From NCBI RefSeq assembly GCF_009914755.1, contig NC_060931.1: a DNA stretch of 64,000 nt. One strand, written 5' to 3'. Position 1 is the first letter of the stretch; every line of letters begins with the position of its first letter. Source of the DNA: the human T2T-CHM13v2.0 reference genome, Homo sapiens. This document shows positions 46,826 through 64,000 of this stretch, piece after piece. Made by a program: the position numbers and the translations under genes. The notes below the pieces were generated by a model, which was not told the DNA's origin, did not search any database, and was given only the letters and a program-made list of their open reading frames with translations.

Positions 46826-47937
46826 TATTTTGTTAAACTTTTCCAAAAACCAGCTCCTGGATTCATTGATTTTTTTTGAAGGGTTTTTTTGTGCCTGTAT
46901 CTCCTTCATTTCTGCTCTGATCTTAGTTATTTCTTGTCTTCTGCTAGCTTTTGAATTTGTTTGCTCTTGCTTCTCTTGTTCTTTCAATTGTGATGTTAGA
47001 GTGTCAGTTTTAGATCTTTCCTGCTTTCTCTTGTGGGCATTTAGTGCTATAAATTTCCCTCCAAACACTGCTTTAAATGTGTCCCAGAGATTTTGTTGCA
47101 TTGTGTCTTTGTTCTCATTGGTTTCAAGGAATATCTTTATTTCTGCCTTCATTTTGTTATTTACCCAGTAGTTATTCAGGAGCAGGTTGTTCAGTTTCCA
47201 TGTAGTTGTGTGATTTTGAGTGAGTTTCTTAATCCTGAGTTCTAATTTGATTGCACTGTGGTCTGAGATACTGTTTGTTATGATTTCCGTTCTTTTGCAT
47301 TTGCTGAGGAGTGTTTACTTCCAATTGTGTGGTCACTTTTAGAATAAGTGCTATGAGGTGCTGAGAAGAATGTATATTCTGTTGATTTGTGGTGGAGAGT
47401 TCTGTAGAGGTCTATTAGGTCTGCTTGTTCCAGAGCTGAGTTCAAGTCCTGAATATCCTTGTTAATTTTCTGTCTCGTTGATCTGTCTAATATTTACAGT
47501 GGGGTGTTAAAAAGTCTCCAACTATTATTGTGTGGGAGTCTAAGTCTCTTCCTAAGAACTTGCTTTATGAATCTGAGTGCTTCTGTATTGGGTCTGTATA
47601 TATTTAGGATAGTTAGCTCTTCTTGTTGAATTGATCCCTTTACCAATATGTACTGGCCTTGTCTCTTTTGATCTTTGTTGGTTTAAAGTCTGTTTTATCT
47701 GAGACTAGGATTGCAACCCCTGTTTTTTTTTTTGCTTTCCATTTGCTTGGTAAATATTCCTGCATCCTTTTATTTGAGCCTATGTGTGTCTTTGCACGTG
47801 AGATGGGTTTCCTGAATACAGCACACTGCTGGGTCTTGACTTTTTATCCAATTTGCCAGTTTGTGCCTTTTAATTGGGGCATTTAGCCTGTTTAAATTTA
47901 AGGTTAATATTGTTATGTGTGAATTTGATCCTGTCAT
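46826..47937 (-). pseudogene. L1 ORF2 N-terminal (EN) part of the outer module, cut at 46826
   Basis: ATG ACA GGA TCA at 47937. ORF 46808-47152 ends ...[12 protein letters not shown] and runs straight into the inner 5'UTR. Confidence 0.9.
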
Positions 47938-47996
47938 TAGTATGCTAGTTGGTTATTTTGCCTGTTGATGCAGTTTTTTCATAGTGTCAATGGTCT

Positions 47997-49017
47997 TTAC
48001 AGTTTGGTATGTTTTTGCAGTGGTTGGTACTGGTTATTCCTTTCCATTTTAGTGCTTCCTCTGGACTTTTGTAAGGCAGGCCTGGTGGTGACAGAATCTC
48101 TCAGCATTTGCTTGTGTGTAAAGGATTTTATTTCTCCTTCGTTTATGAAACTTAGTTTGGCTGGATATGAAATCCTAGGTTGAAAATTCTTTTCTTTAAG
48201 AATGTTGAATATTGGCCCTCACTGTCTTCTTGCTTATAGGGTTTTGCAGAGATCTGCTGTTAGTTTGATGGGCTTCCCATTGTGGGTAACCCAGCCTTTC
48301 TCTCGGGCTGCCCATAACATTTTTTCTTTAATTTCAGCCTTGGTGAATCTGATGGTTATATGTCTTGGGGTTGCTCTTCTTGAGGAGTATTTTTGTGGTG
48401 TTCTCTGTATTTCCTGAATTTGAATGTTGGCCTGTCTTGCTAGGTTGGGGAAGTTCTCCTGGATAATATCCTGAAGAATGTTTTCTAACTTGGTTCCATT
48501 CTCCCTGTCACTTTCAGGTACACCAATCAAATGTAGATTTGGTCTTTTCACATGGTTCCATATTTCTTGGAGGCTTTGTTCATTTCTTTTCACTCTTTTT
48601 CCTCCAATCTTGTCTTCTTGCTTTATTTCATTAATTTGATCTTCAATCACTGATATCATTTCTTCCACTTGATCAAATCAGCTATTGAAGCTTGTGTATG
48701 CTTCACAAAGTTCTTGTACTGTGGTTTTCAGCTCCATCAGGTCATTTAAGCTCTTCTCTATACTGGTTCTTCTAGTTAGCCATTTGTCTAACCCTTTTTC
48801 AAGGCTTTTAGCTTCCTTGTGATGGGTTAGAACATGTTCCTTTAACTTGGAGAAGTTTGTTATTACCGACCTTCTGAAGCCTACTTTTGTCAACTCATTC
48901 ATCAAACTCATTCTCCATCCAGTTTTGTTCCCTTGCTGCTGAGGAGTTGTGATCCTTAGGAGAAGAGGCATTCTAGTTTTTGGAATTTTCAGCCATTTTG
49001 CGTTGGTTTCACCCCAT
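47997..49017 (-). pseudogene. L1 ORF1 (outer module), disrupted
   Basis: ATG at 49017, TAA at 47999-97; ORFs 48234-48668 and 48678-48971 are ORF1p fragments. Confidence 0.9.
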
Positions 49018-50118
49018 CTTCGTGGATTTATCTACCTTTGGTCTTTGAAGTCGGTGACCTTCAGATGGGGTCTCTGAGTGGCCATCCTTTTTGTTGATGT
49101 TGATACTATTTCTTTCTATGTGTTAGTTTTCCTTCTAACAGTCAGGACCCTCTGCTGTAGGTCTGCTGGAGTTTGCTGGAGGTACACTCCAGATTTTGTT
49201 TGCCTGGGTATCACCAGCAGAGGCTACAGAACAGCAAAGATTGCTGCCTGTTCCTTCCTCTGGAAGCTTCATCTCAGAGGGGCACCAGCCAGATGCCAGC
49301 CAGAGCTCTCCTTTATGAGGTGTCTGTCGGCCCCTACTGGGAGGTGTCTCCTAGTCAGGAGGCATGGGGGTCAGGGACCCACTTGAGGCAATCTGACCCT
49401 TAGCAGAGCTCAAATGCTGTGCTGGGAGATCTGTTGCTCTCTTCAGAGCCGTCAGGCAGGGACGTTTAAGTCTGCTGAAGCTGTGCCCACAGCTGCCCCT
49501 TCCCCTAGGTGCTCTGTTACAGGGAGGTGGGGGTTTCATCTGTAAGCCCCTGACTGGGGCTGCTGCCTTTTTTCAGAGATGCCCTGCCCAGAGAGGAGGA
49601 ATCTAGAGAGGCAATCTGGCCACAGCGGCCTTGCTGAGCTGTGGTGCACTCTGCCCAGTTGGAACTTTGCAGTGGCATTGTTTACTCTGTGAGGGTAAAA
49701 CCTCCTATTCAAGCCTCAGCAATGGCAGACGCCCCTCCCCCCACCAAGCTCAAGTGTCCCAGGTCAATCTCAGACTGCTGCTATGCTGGCACCGAGAATT
49801 TCAAACCACTAGATCTTAAGTTACCTATGCTCCGTGGGGGTGGGACCCACTGAGCCAGAACTTCGCTCCCTGGCTTCAGCACCCCTTTCCAGGGGAGTGA
49901 ACGGTTCTGTCTTGCTGGTGTTCCAAGCATCCCTGGGGTTTGGAAATAAAAACTGCAGCTAGCTCAGTGTCTGCCCAAATGGTTGCCCAGTTTTGTGCTT
50001 GAAATCCAGGGCCCTGGTGGTGTAGGCACTGGAGGGAATCTCCTGGTCTGTGGGTTGCAAAGACTGTGAGAAAAGTTCAGTATCTAGTCCGGAGTGCACT
50101 GTTCCTCACGGCACGGCA

Positions 50119-50161
50119 CAGTCCCTCACAGTCCCTCACAGTCCCTCACAGTCCCTCACAG
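50119..50161 (+). repeat. (CAGTCCCTCA)x4 tandem repeat in the outer L1 5'UTR
   Basis: Four perfect 10-bp units, read directly from the sequence. Confidence 0.95.
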
Positions 50162-50918
50162 CTTCTGTTGGGTAGGGGGAGAGAATTCCTTGTGCTTCCT
50201 GGGTGAGGCAACATCCCATCTTGCTTTGGCTCGCCCTCGGTGGGCTGCACCCACTGTCCAACCAGTCCCAGTGAGATGAACCGGGTACCTCAGTTGGAAA
50301 TGCAGAAATCCCCCTTCTTCTGCGTCGATCTCACTGGGAGCTGCAAACCGGAGCTGTTCCTATTCGGCCATCTTGCCAGCAATCTGTGGGTGACTTTTCT
50401 GTGAGAGGTTTTTTTTTTTTTAAATAATAGTTTATAAGTTATAGTTTGCAAAATATATCATTTAAATGATGCAACAGGCCTATGACGTAGTTAGGGCAGG
50501 TACTATGTGATTACTATTACAATTATTATATTTAGATCATTAAATTTAAGTGCGATCAGATATAAAACATTTACTTATAAAATGCAAAGTCAAGGCACAG
50601 GTTGGCAAAAGCAAGAATCCATTAAAAGAAAAATGATTAGCATCCGCTTAGCTTTCCTACATATTAATGAAGAAAAGAAATGACATAATAAAGAACTGAG
50701 CAAATAATTTGCAATTCACAGACAAGTCCCTGTCCGTGGAAAAATTGGCATTTATCTGATGGAGATTAAGTATCTAGAATATGTAAAGAATCTCTATAAA
50801 TCAATAAAACAAGCTAATAGAGTAATAGGCAAAATTATGAACAGTTTGCATAAGGGGAATCCAATGCTAAGAAATATATGAAAAACTACTTATATTCTGG
50901 TTAATCAGGTATTATCTT

Positions 50919-51194
50919 CTTTCTTTTTTCTTTTTTTTTTTTTTTTTTGAGATGGAGTCTCGCTGTCGCCCAGGCTGGAGTGCAGTGGCGCAATCTCGGC
51001 TCACTGCAGGCTCCGCCCCCTGGGGTTCATGCCATTCTCCTGCCTCAGCCTCCCCAGTAGCTGGGACTACAGGCGCCCGCCACCTCGCCCGGCTAATTTT
51101 TTGTATTTTTAGTAGAGACGGGGTTTCACCGTGTTAGCCAGGATGGTCTCTATCTCCTGACCTTGTGATCCGCCCGCCTCGGCCTCCCAAAGTG
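50919..51194 (-). mobile_element. AluYe5-type, 5'-truncated
   Basis: Diagnostics GGCGAGGTGG, CCCC.GGGGGCGGAGCCTGCAG and GCGACAGCGAGAC; TSD AGGTATTATCTT at 50907-18 and 51195-206. Confidence 0.88.
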
Positions 51195-51812
51195 AGGTAT
51201 TATCTTTACAATCACTTTACAGATACGGAAGCTGAATGCAGGAAGGTTGAGTGGTTGGTCCAGGTTCAACCAAGATGATAATTGTTGGAGCCTGGCCTCA
51301 TGCTGTTCCCAGTCTAAATATGTAGGGCATGTATTTTGCAAGCCTTTCTCTTATTCTCCTCAGTCACAGTATTTTGTAATGCACAGAGAAACTAATGTCT
51401 AATTTAGATGTAGTAGTTCAACTATAACTTAGGTAGAAGGATGGGAGAAGTGTGGAGAAAAGCCAATAATTGTAGTAAAATGTTGGTTTAAGCTTTTGGA
51501 CTCCCAGTATGTCTTTTCATTTGGCAAACTGCCTTTGGAACATTTTGACTGAGTAGTTACTCCCAGGGAACACAGGCATTTCATTTGTGGCCTCTTTATT
51601 CATTTTATTCATGCTTCTGCTGGGATTTCGTGAATATGACTATAATGAAACTGGACTTCTTAGTTCTTTTCTTTTGGGTACAAGCATAGGTTAAGCAGTA
51701 AAAACCTAAAGAGAACACAAATTAAATGATTTTTATGCTGCTATTTTCTTGATGTGCATTTTATTCCATAAAGTGTTGCTCTGAGACTTTATATATATCT
51801 TAAGAATTTGGA

Positions 51813-52033
51813 GGCCGGGCACAGTGGCTCATGCCTGTAATCCCAGCACTTTGAGAGGCCAAGGTGGGCAGATCACGAGGTCAGGAGATCGAGACCATCC
51901 TGGCCAACATGGTGACCAAAATACAAAAATTAGCTGGGCATGGTGGTGCGTGCCTGTAATTCCAGCTACTCAGGAGGCTGAGGCAGGAGAATCTCTTGAA
52001 CTTGGGAGGCAGAGGTTGCAGTGAGGTGAGATC
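51813..52033 (+). mobile_element. AluS(c-like), internally deleted and 3'-truncated
   Basis: ggtgaccaaaatac lacks aaccccgtctctact; ends after gtgaggtgagatc. Confidence 0.88.
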
Positions 52034-52039
52034 TTGTAT

Positions 52040-54000
52040 CTACCAATTTTGTTGCATTATTTTCAAAATTCTAATAGAATATTTGAAAAAATATATTTGT
52101 ATATTTTCCTGGATTTTGTATGTAAACAGTCAGTGTCTGCAGTTAAGGCAGTGTTGTCTCCTTTTTGTAAAGATTCAACAGTTATTTGCCCTCTTTTTGT
52201 TTATTTGTTTTTAATTTTTGCATAGCTGGGAACCTATCATATAACTTGAATGGTAGAGGCAATAGTGTGAGTCTTGCCCTTAATGGAAATGGTTCTAAAA
52301 TGTCATCAAGTATGATATTTCCTTTTCATTTTTGACTGGTTATTTACCCTTCTGGGTGGGAAGTTATAGATTATATTTTTGTTCTTTTAGATTTTAACCT
52401 TAATTTTTAGCACCTACTTTGCTACAGAGCTATTTTAAAGTTATCAAATGTCTATTTTTCTTTAATATTTCAAGTACAGTACACATTCCAAGGTATGATT
52501 ATTATTCTTGCCTATAGCAATTATCAGGCGTTGGCCAAATCATGATTTTCTTTTTCTGTCATTCTTTTTTCATTTACTAATAGAATTCTACTGTGATGAA
52601 GAGCTGTGTCTTCTTCATGTATTTCTATATTCATTAATTGTTTAAATCAGTAAAAATTTATGGATATTTACTTTGTTCTATGACTTGTAATCAGGTACTG
52701 TCATTATTTATCTTATTGCTCAAATTGTCCCAAATTTGGCCACTGGTAGCTCCTTCAGGTTGGTTCCTAGGTTGTTTCAACATGTCCCCATCCATTGTTG
52801 AAAACTTCCTTACATTCTGGTACCACAAGACATTTCAGACTCATCTTGTACTTCCCCTCCCTTTGCCTTGGAATTAACCATTTCTCTAAGGAGATCTGGT
52901 TTTTTTTTTATTGGAGAGTGATATTTTGAAACCTAGATTTGTATTCTAGTTGAACACATTGCTGCTGGTGTAATGTTGCTGTAGTCCCTCTTAGCTGACA
53001 GAGCTAGGAGATATGTATGTGCATGCTTATGTATATTACATGTGTATATGTGTGTACACCATACACATGTATAGACAGAAACATATACATCTATATGTAT
53101 CTATTTCTGTATGTATTTCTACATAGATCTGTATCTATTTATTTCTGTATCTGTTTATTTCTAACCATGTGTATATATGAGTAAAACATGAGTTCAACTC
53201 CAAATCCATGTCAACCACTGCAGTTCAGCTGAGCCTTCTTTCCTTATTTCTAGCTCTTTTCAATAGTGAGAAACCTGGTTCTTGTAACAAGCAACTCATT
53301 TTTGTAATCCCAGTATATACATGAAATCATTTTACAATTGCTAACCAATGAAAAACAATTCACGGCAGTGAAAAACAAATCTATAAACTTGAGTACAATG
53401 TTTGTGTGCAGTTCAATTTGCATATTAGAAGGCTTATAATATTTAGTCAAAATAGTCAAAATCCAGTTACTTAGGTTAGTTCTTTTCGACCCCAACCCAC
53501 TCACTTATGGTTATGTTATTTATTTGCAATACTTTTAGGTTCATTTGTTACTGTTTTTATTTCATTTGAGTTCTCCTAGATCTCAGTTGATTTTAATTAT
53601 TTATTGTGGGGGTACATCGGAAGCATTATCATGTTGTAAGCATCTGAACTATAACACAAAGCACTCAGGCAATGTCACTTTTCCATCTCTATCTTTTATC
53701 CCATTCCCAGTTTCCTTCCTATTTTTTCCGTCTATCCCTATAGGTCATCAGTCACATTCATTTCTGCTTTATCCTTCCTGTAATTCTTTTTGCAAAAGCA
53801 AGGAGTTAAATATATCTTTTCTTAAATCCTTTCTCTCTTCCATGAAGGGTAAGGATACTATAGATACTCCTTTATACTTTGCTGTTTCACTCTACAATAT
53901 ATCCTGGAAATCATTCTGTATTAGTTCATGGAGATTCTGCTTATTCTTCAATGTTCTTTTTATATCTGCATAGTACTCTGTTGGGTTGATTTATCATAGG
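52040..54000 (-). mobile_element. Old L1M (MC/MD-like) fragments with a TA/TG-rich low-complexity tract at ~53010-53180
   Basis: Degenerate L1M 3'UTR sequence (gctcaaattgtcccaaatttggccactgg, tttcaatagtgagaaacctggtt). Confidence 0.55.
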
Positions 54001-54013
54001 TCAACCACTCTCT

Positions 54014-54474
54014 GTTGTTGCTCTTTTTTATACTTTAAGTTCAGGGGTACATGTGCAGGTTTGTTACATAGGTAAATGTGTGTCATGGGGGTTTGTTGTA
54101 TAGATTATTTCATCACTCAGGTATTGAGCCTAGTACCCACTAGTTATTTTTTCTGATTCTCTCCCTCCTCCCACCCTCCACCCTCCACTCTCCACCCTCC
54201 AATGGGCCCCAGTGTGCATTGTTCCCCTCTATGTGTCCATGTGTTCTCATCATTTAGTTCCTACTCATTAGTTGAGAACATGTGTTGTTTGATTTTCTGT
54301 TCCTGCGTTAGTTTGCTATGGATAATGGCCTCCAGCTCCATCCATGTCCCTGCAAAAGGACATGATCTCGTTCTTTTTCGGTGATGTAGTATTCATGTTG
54401 TATATGTACTACATTTTCTTTATCTGGTCTGTCATCGTTGGGAATTTAGGTTGATTTCATGTCTTTGCTATTGT
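54014..54474 (-). mobile_element. 5'-truncated L1PA (PA11-13-like) 3' end
   Basis: ttcaggggtacatgtgcaggtttgttacataggtaaat...; TSD AACCACTCTCT at 54003-13 and 54475-85. Confidence 0.88.
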
Positions 54475-54659
54475 AACCACTCTCTTTTGTGTGAGTATTT
54501 AGATTGTTTTCAGTATTTTGCCATCAGGCAATGGTGGAATAAATAACATGCACGTGCATTTTCATGTTGTTGGAGGTGTATCGTTAAATTTCTAGAAGAG
54601 GGATAGCTCAATCAAAAGGTAAGCCCATATGTATGGGATCTTTTTGTTTATAGCTTAAA

Positions 54660-55845
54660 AATTTTTTTTAATGTTTTAAAAAACTCATAAAATTTACTGT
54701 GTCAACCATTTCTAAGTAGACAGTTCAGTGGTGTTAAGTATATTCACACTGTTGTGCAGCCAATCTCCAGAAATATCTCATCTTGCAAAGCTGGAACTGT
54801 GTGCCCATTAAACAACTCCTCTTTGTCCACCTCCACCAACCCCTGGCGGCCCCCATTCTACTTTCTGTTTCTATTAATTTGACTACTGTGGATACCTCAT
54901 ATAAGTGGAATCATATAGTATTTGTCTTTTGTGACTAGTTATTTCACTTAGCATAATATTTTCAGCATTTGTCCATGTTGTACCCTATACCAGAATTTCC
55001 TTCCTTTTCAAGGCTGAATAATACTCCATTGTATATATACTATATTTTGTTTATCCATTCATGTGTCAATGGACATTTGGCTATTGTGATAGTGGTGCTG
55101 TGAACATGAGTGTGCCGATATTTCCTTGAGATCCTGCTTTCAATTCTTCTTAATATATACCTAGAATTGAAATTGCCAGATCATATGGTAATTCTATATT
55201 TAATTTTCTGGGGATCTGCCATGCTGTTTTCACAGCAGGTATACCATTTTATATTCTCACCAACAGTGTGTAAGGGTTCTACTTCTCTCTATCCTCATCA
55301 ACACTTGCCATTTTCTGTATTTTTTTTCTTTTGATAGTAGCTATCCTAATGGGTATGAGGATATATCTGATTATTGTTTTGATTTGCATTTCTGTAATGA
55401 TTAGTGATGCTGGACATCTTTTCATGTGCTTGTTGCTCATTTTTAGGTCATCTTTGGAGAAATACCTACTCAAGTCCTTTGCCCATTTCAAAATTGGATT
55501 ATTTGTTTTTGTTTCCGTTGAGTGGCAGAGGCTCTTTATATATTCTGTATATTAACACATTTTCAGATGTGTGATTTTCAAATATTTTCTTCCATTTCAT
55601 AGGTTGCCTTTTAGCTCTGTTGACTATGTCCATTGATGCACAGAAGTTTTGAATTTTCGTGTAGTCTAGTTTTACTTTTGTTGTCTGTGCTTTTTCTGTC
55701 ATATCCTGGAAATCCTTGCCAAATCCAATGTTGTGAGGCCTACCCCCCTGTGTTTTCTTCTGAGAGTTTTATAGTTTTAGGCCTTATGTTTAGGTCTTGA
55801 TCCATTTTGGGTTACTTTTTGTGTATGGTATAAGGTCAGGGTCTA
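54660..55845 (-). mobile_element. L1MB-type 3' segment
   Basis: cataaaatttactgtgtcaaccatt, gatacctcatataagtggaatcatatag; ORF2 C-terminal ORFs at 55279-55702. Confidence 0.8.
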
Positions 55846-56082
55846 TGCTCATATATAGTTTTATTACATCTTGCCAAATTCTCCCCCCAAAGAGAAAGTA
55901 GTACCAGTCTGCATTCCCACCACCAGTACATCACAGTGCCTGTTTCCCCACAGCCTTCCCAACAGAATGTGTTTTCATTTTACAATTCTTGCCAATCTGA
56001 GAAGTAAAAAATGTTATCAGTGTTGTTTAATTTTCATTTCTATAATTATGTATAAAATTTGAACAATTTCTGGTATGTTTAA

Positions 56083-56486
<404 letters not shown>

Positions 56487-57002
56487 ATGTTTTATTTTTA
56501 AATGTATCAATATGCTATATTAATAGATTTCTTAGTATTTAGACAATTTTTCACTCTTGAAATAAATCTCTCTTGACTGTGGTGTATTGTTTTGTCAATG
56601 TTGTGTTGAATTCTATTTGTTAATATTTTATTTAGTATTTTTGCATTGATGTTTACAAGTGATATTATATGAATGATATTGTGTAGTCTAAACCTTACCA
56701 CATTTTGGTTTCAGTGTAATAATTTGCTTTATAAAAGCAAGTAGAAAGTTTCCTTCATTTTCAAGACTTGGAACAATTTATGGAGCATTGGGACTATTTG
56801 GAGTCTGGGAATTTTTCTGTGAAACCATTTGTGTTTGGTACTGTTCACCATTTTCACTTTTTTTCTTATAATTTTTTCTGTGTTTTTTCCTATACAAAAT
56901 TGGTCTTTTTAAGCATTTTTGTCTCTAGTGAGATGTAATTAACATCTGTATTTCCTTAGGAAATTACTCATTTCATCTAATTTTTCAATTTTATTTATAT
57001 AG

Positions 57003-57383
<381 letters not shown>

Positions 57384-57763
57384 CATTTCTTATTTTCTAT
57401 GTTTGTATTATCTCTCTTTGTGAAAGTAGCTAGCAGTTTGTCTATTTTGTTAGGTTTTCTTTCTTTTTTTTTTTTTTAAGGAAATAACTAGGATTTTGAT
57501 TTATTGATCAGTTCTACTAGTTTTCTGTTCTCTGTCTCATTACTTTCTGCTTTTATCATTATTTCTGTCTTTATGCTTTCTTTTGGTTTGTTACTCTTAA
57601 AAAATTTCGAGCTAGATATTTAAATCATGTATTTAATTCTTTCATTTTACTGGTAAAAATGTTTAGTGATACAAAGTTTTCATTCATCACTGCTTTGAAT
57701 ATACCTCATATACACTAATATGTAGTTTTCATTATCATTTTATTTAAAAAAATTTTTTATTTC

Positions 57764-62868
<5,105 letters not shown>

Positions 62869-63021
62869 TACCACCACCACACCTGGCTAATTTTTGTATT
62901 TTTTGTAGAAATGGGGTCTCCCTATGTTGCCTAAGCTGAATTTGACCTCCTGGGCTCAAGCGATCATCCCACCTCAGCCTCCCAATGTGACAGGATTACA
63001 GACATGAGCCACGCACTCGAC
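62869..63021 (-). mobile_element. Alu left arm (J/FLAM-like) abutting the truncated L1PB 5' end
   Basis: ccaccacacctggctaatttttg...gggctcaagcgatc...gagccacg. Confidence 0.85.
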
Positions 63022-63282
63022 TTAATCTTGTCTTTTAGTTCCGTTTTTTTTTTTTCTGAGTTTCATCACTTTCTTCTCACTCGTTCATGTTTTTTGTCCG
63101 TGTCTTTTCTTAGTTTTGGAATTTCTGGCTCAAGGTGGCTTTTCGCATCCCTCATCCTGCCTATTTCTTTATCTGTATTTTATTCTCTATTTTGGTGTCT
63201 TGTATTTCCTCAGTGCTTCCTATGAATTATTCATTTGAGCCCCTCTCTTGGGCATTTAATAATTTATTATTTATCTTTGAGA

Positions 63283-63563
63283 TTTTTTTTTTTTTGGTTA
63301 TCCAGGCTGGAGAGCAGTGGTGCAATCATACCTCTCTGCAGCCTTGAACCCTAGGCTCAAAGGGATCCTGCTGCCTCAGCCTCCCAGATAGCACTACAGA
63401 CGTGAGCAACCACATTTGGCCAACTTTTTTATTTTTGTTTTTTTGTAGAGATGGGGTCTCACTATGTTGCCCAGAATGGTCTCAAACTCCTGGCTTCAAG
63501 AAGTTCTCCTATTTTGGCCTCCCAATATACTGGGATTACAGGCATGAGCCAGAGCACCTGGCC
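63283..63563 (-). mobile_element. AluJ
   Basis: Diverged dimer (gggtctcactatgttgccc). Confidence 0.85.
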
Positions 63564-64000
63564 TAATTTTGTCATTTTCTTCCATTTCTTTTCTGAGGGT
63601 CATCATTTTCTCTTCACACTTTCCTGTTTTTTGTCCATATCTTTTCTTAGTTTTTGAATTTCTGGCTCAAGGTAGCTTTTCCTATCCCAAATTCTTGTTT
63701 GAGTATATTGGTTCCATCTGGAATGTTGCCTTCTAGTTTTCTTGTGCTTCATGGTTGTTTTGTTGAAGGGAATTTACCTCTGTTGCTGTGTGTTGGATAT
63801 TCTGTCTTTTTAAAATAATACTTCAGTATGAGTCTGTTCATCATTTTTTTGTTTGTTTTTATGATATTGGGGTGTTTTATAGGATTTTTAGCTCATTGGC
63901 TCCCTCTTCTGTCACTATAGCAAAGTCCAGATCTTTGTTTTGGTAGCATCGGAAGGTTTGTGGTCTCTGAATTTTAGCTGTCTTGTCATCGGGTAGGATT

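Noticed and set aside
46614-47171. 185-aa + strand ORF spanning the L1-L1 junction
   Set aside because: It is an antisense read of L1 5'UTR and ORF2, begins at a non-ATG codon and has no coding hallmarks.
53545-53973. 142-aa hydrophobic ORF, and the 119-aa ORF at 7594-7953
   Set aside because: Both have non-ATG starts and F/L/S bias from T-rich sequence, and neither has a recognisable domain.

Overview
Human (primate) genomic DNA from inside EXOC4 (exocyst component Sec8; 7q33 from recall), transcribed on the + strand. It holds three coding exons: 8387-8581, 25343-25527 and 36751-36857, which correspond to exons 3-5 by recalled numbering. All have canonical AG/GT boundaries and consistent phases (0, 0, 2, 1). 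The rest is intron, dense in Alu, L1, MIR, MLT1 and DNA-transposon remnants, plus an antisense RPS15A processed pseudogene. The most unusual structure is a 9.6-kb compound L1 (40746-50384, minus strand). It has two 5'UTR-ORF1-EN modules of apparently different subfamily age, one 3' end and one 14-bp target-site duplication (TSD), so two L1 antisense promoters point into EXOC4. Also notable are an AluYb8 forming a close inverted-Alu pair, an AluYe5-type insertion, a tiny L1 3' end with a possible 3' transduction, an Alu insertion with target deletion, an old ~540-bp-period duplication, and several small template-switch scars. I see no evidence of a novel protein-coding system, and nearly all ORFs in the track are repeat-derived or chance. 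Subfamily calls come from recalled consensus diagnostics, not from a RepeatMasker run.
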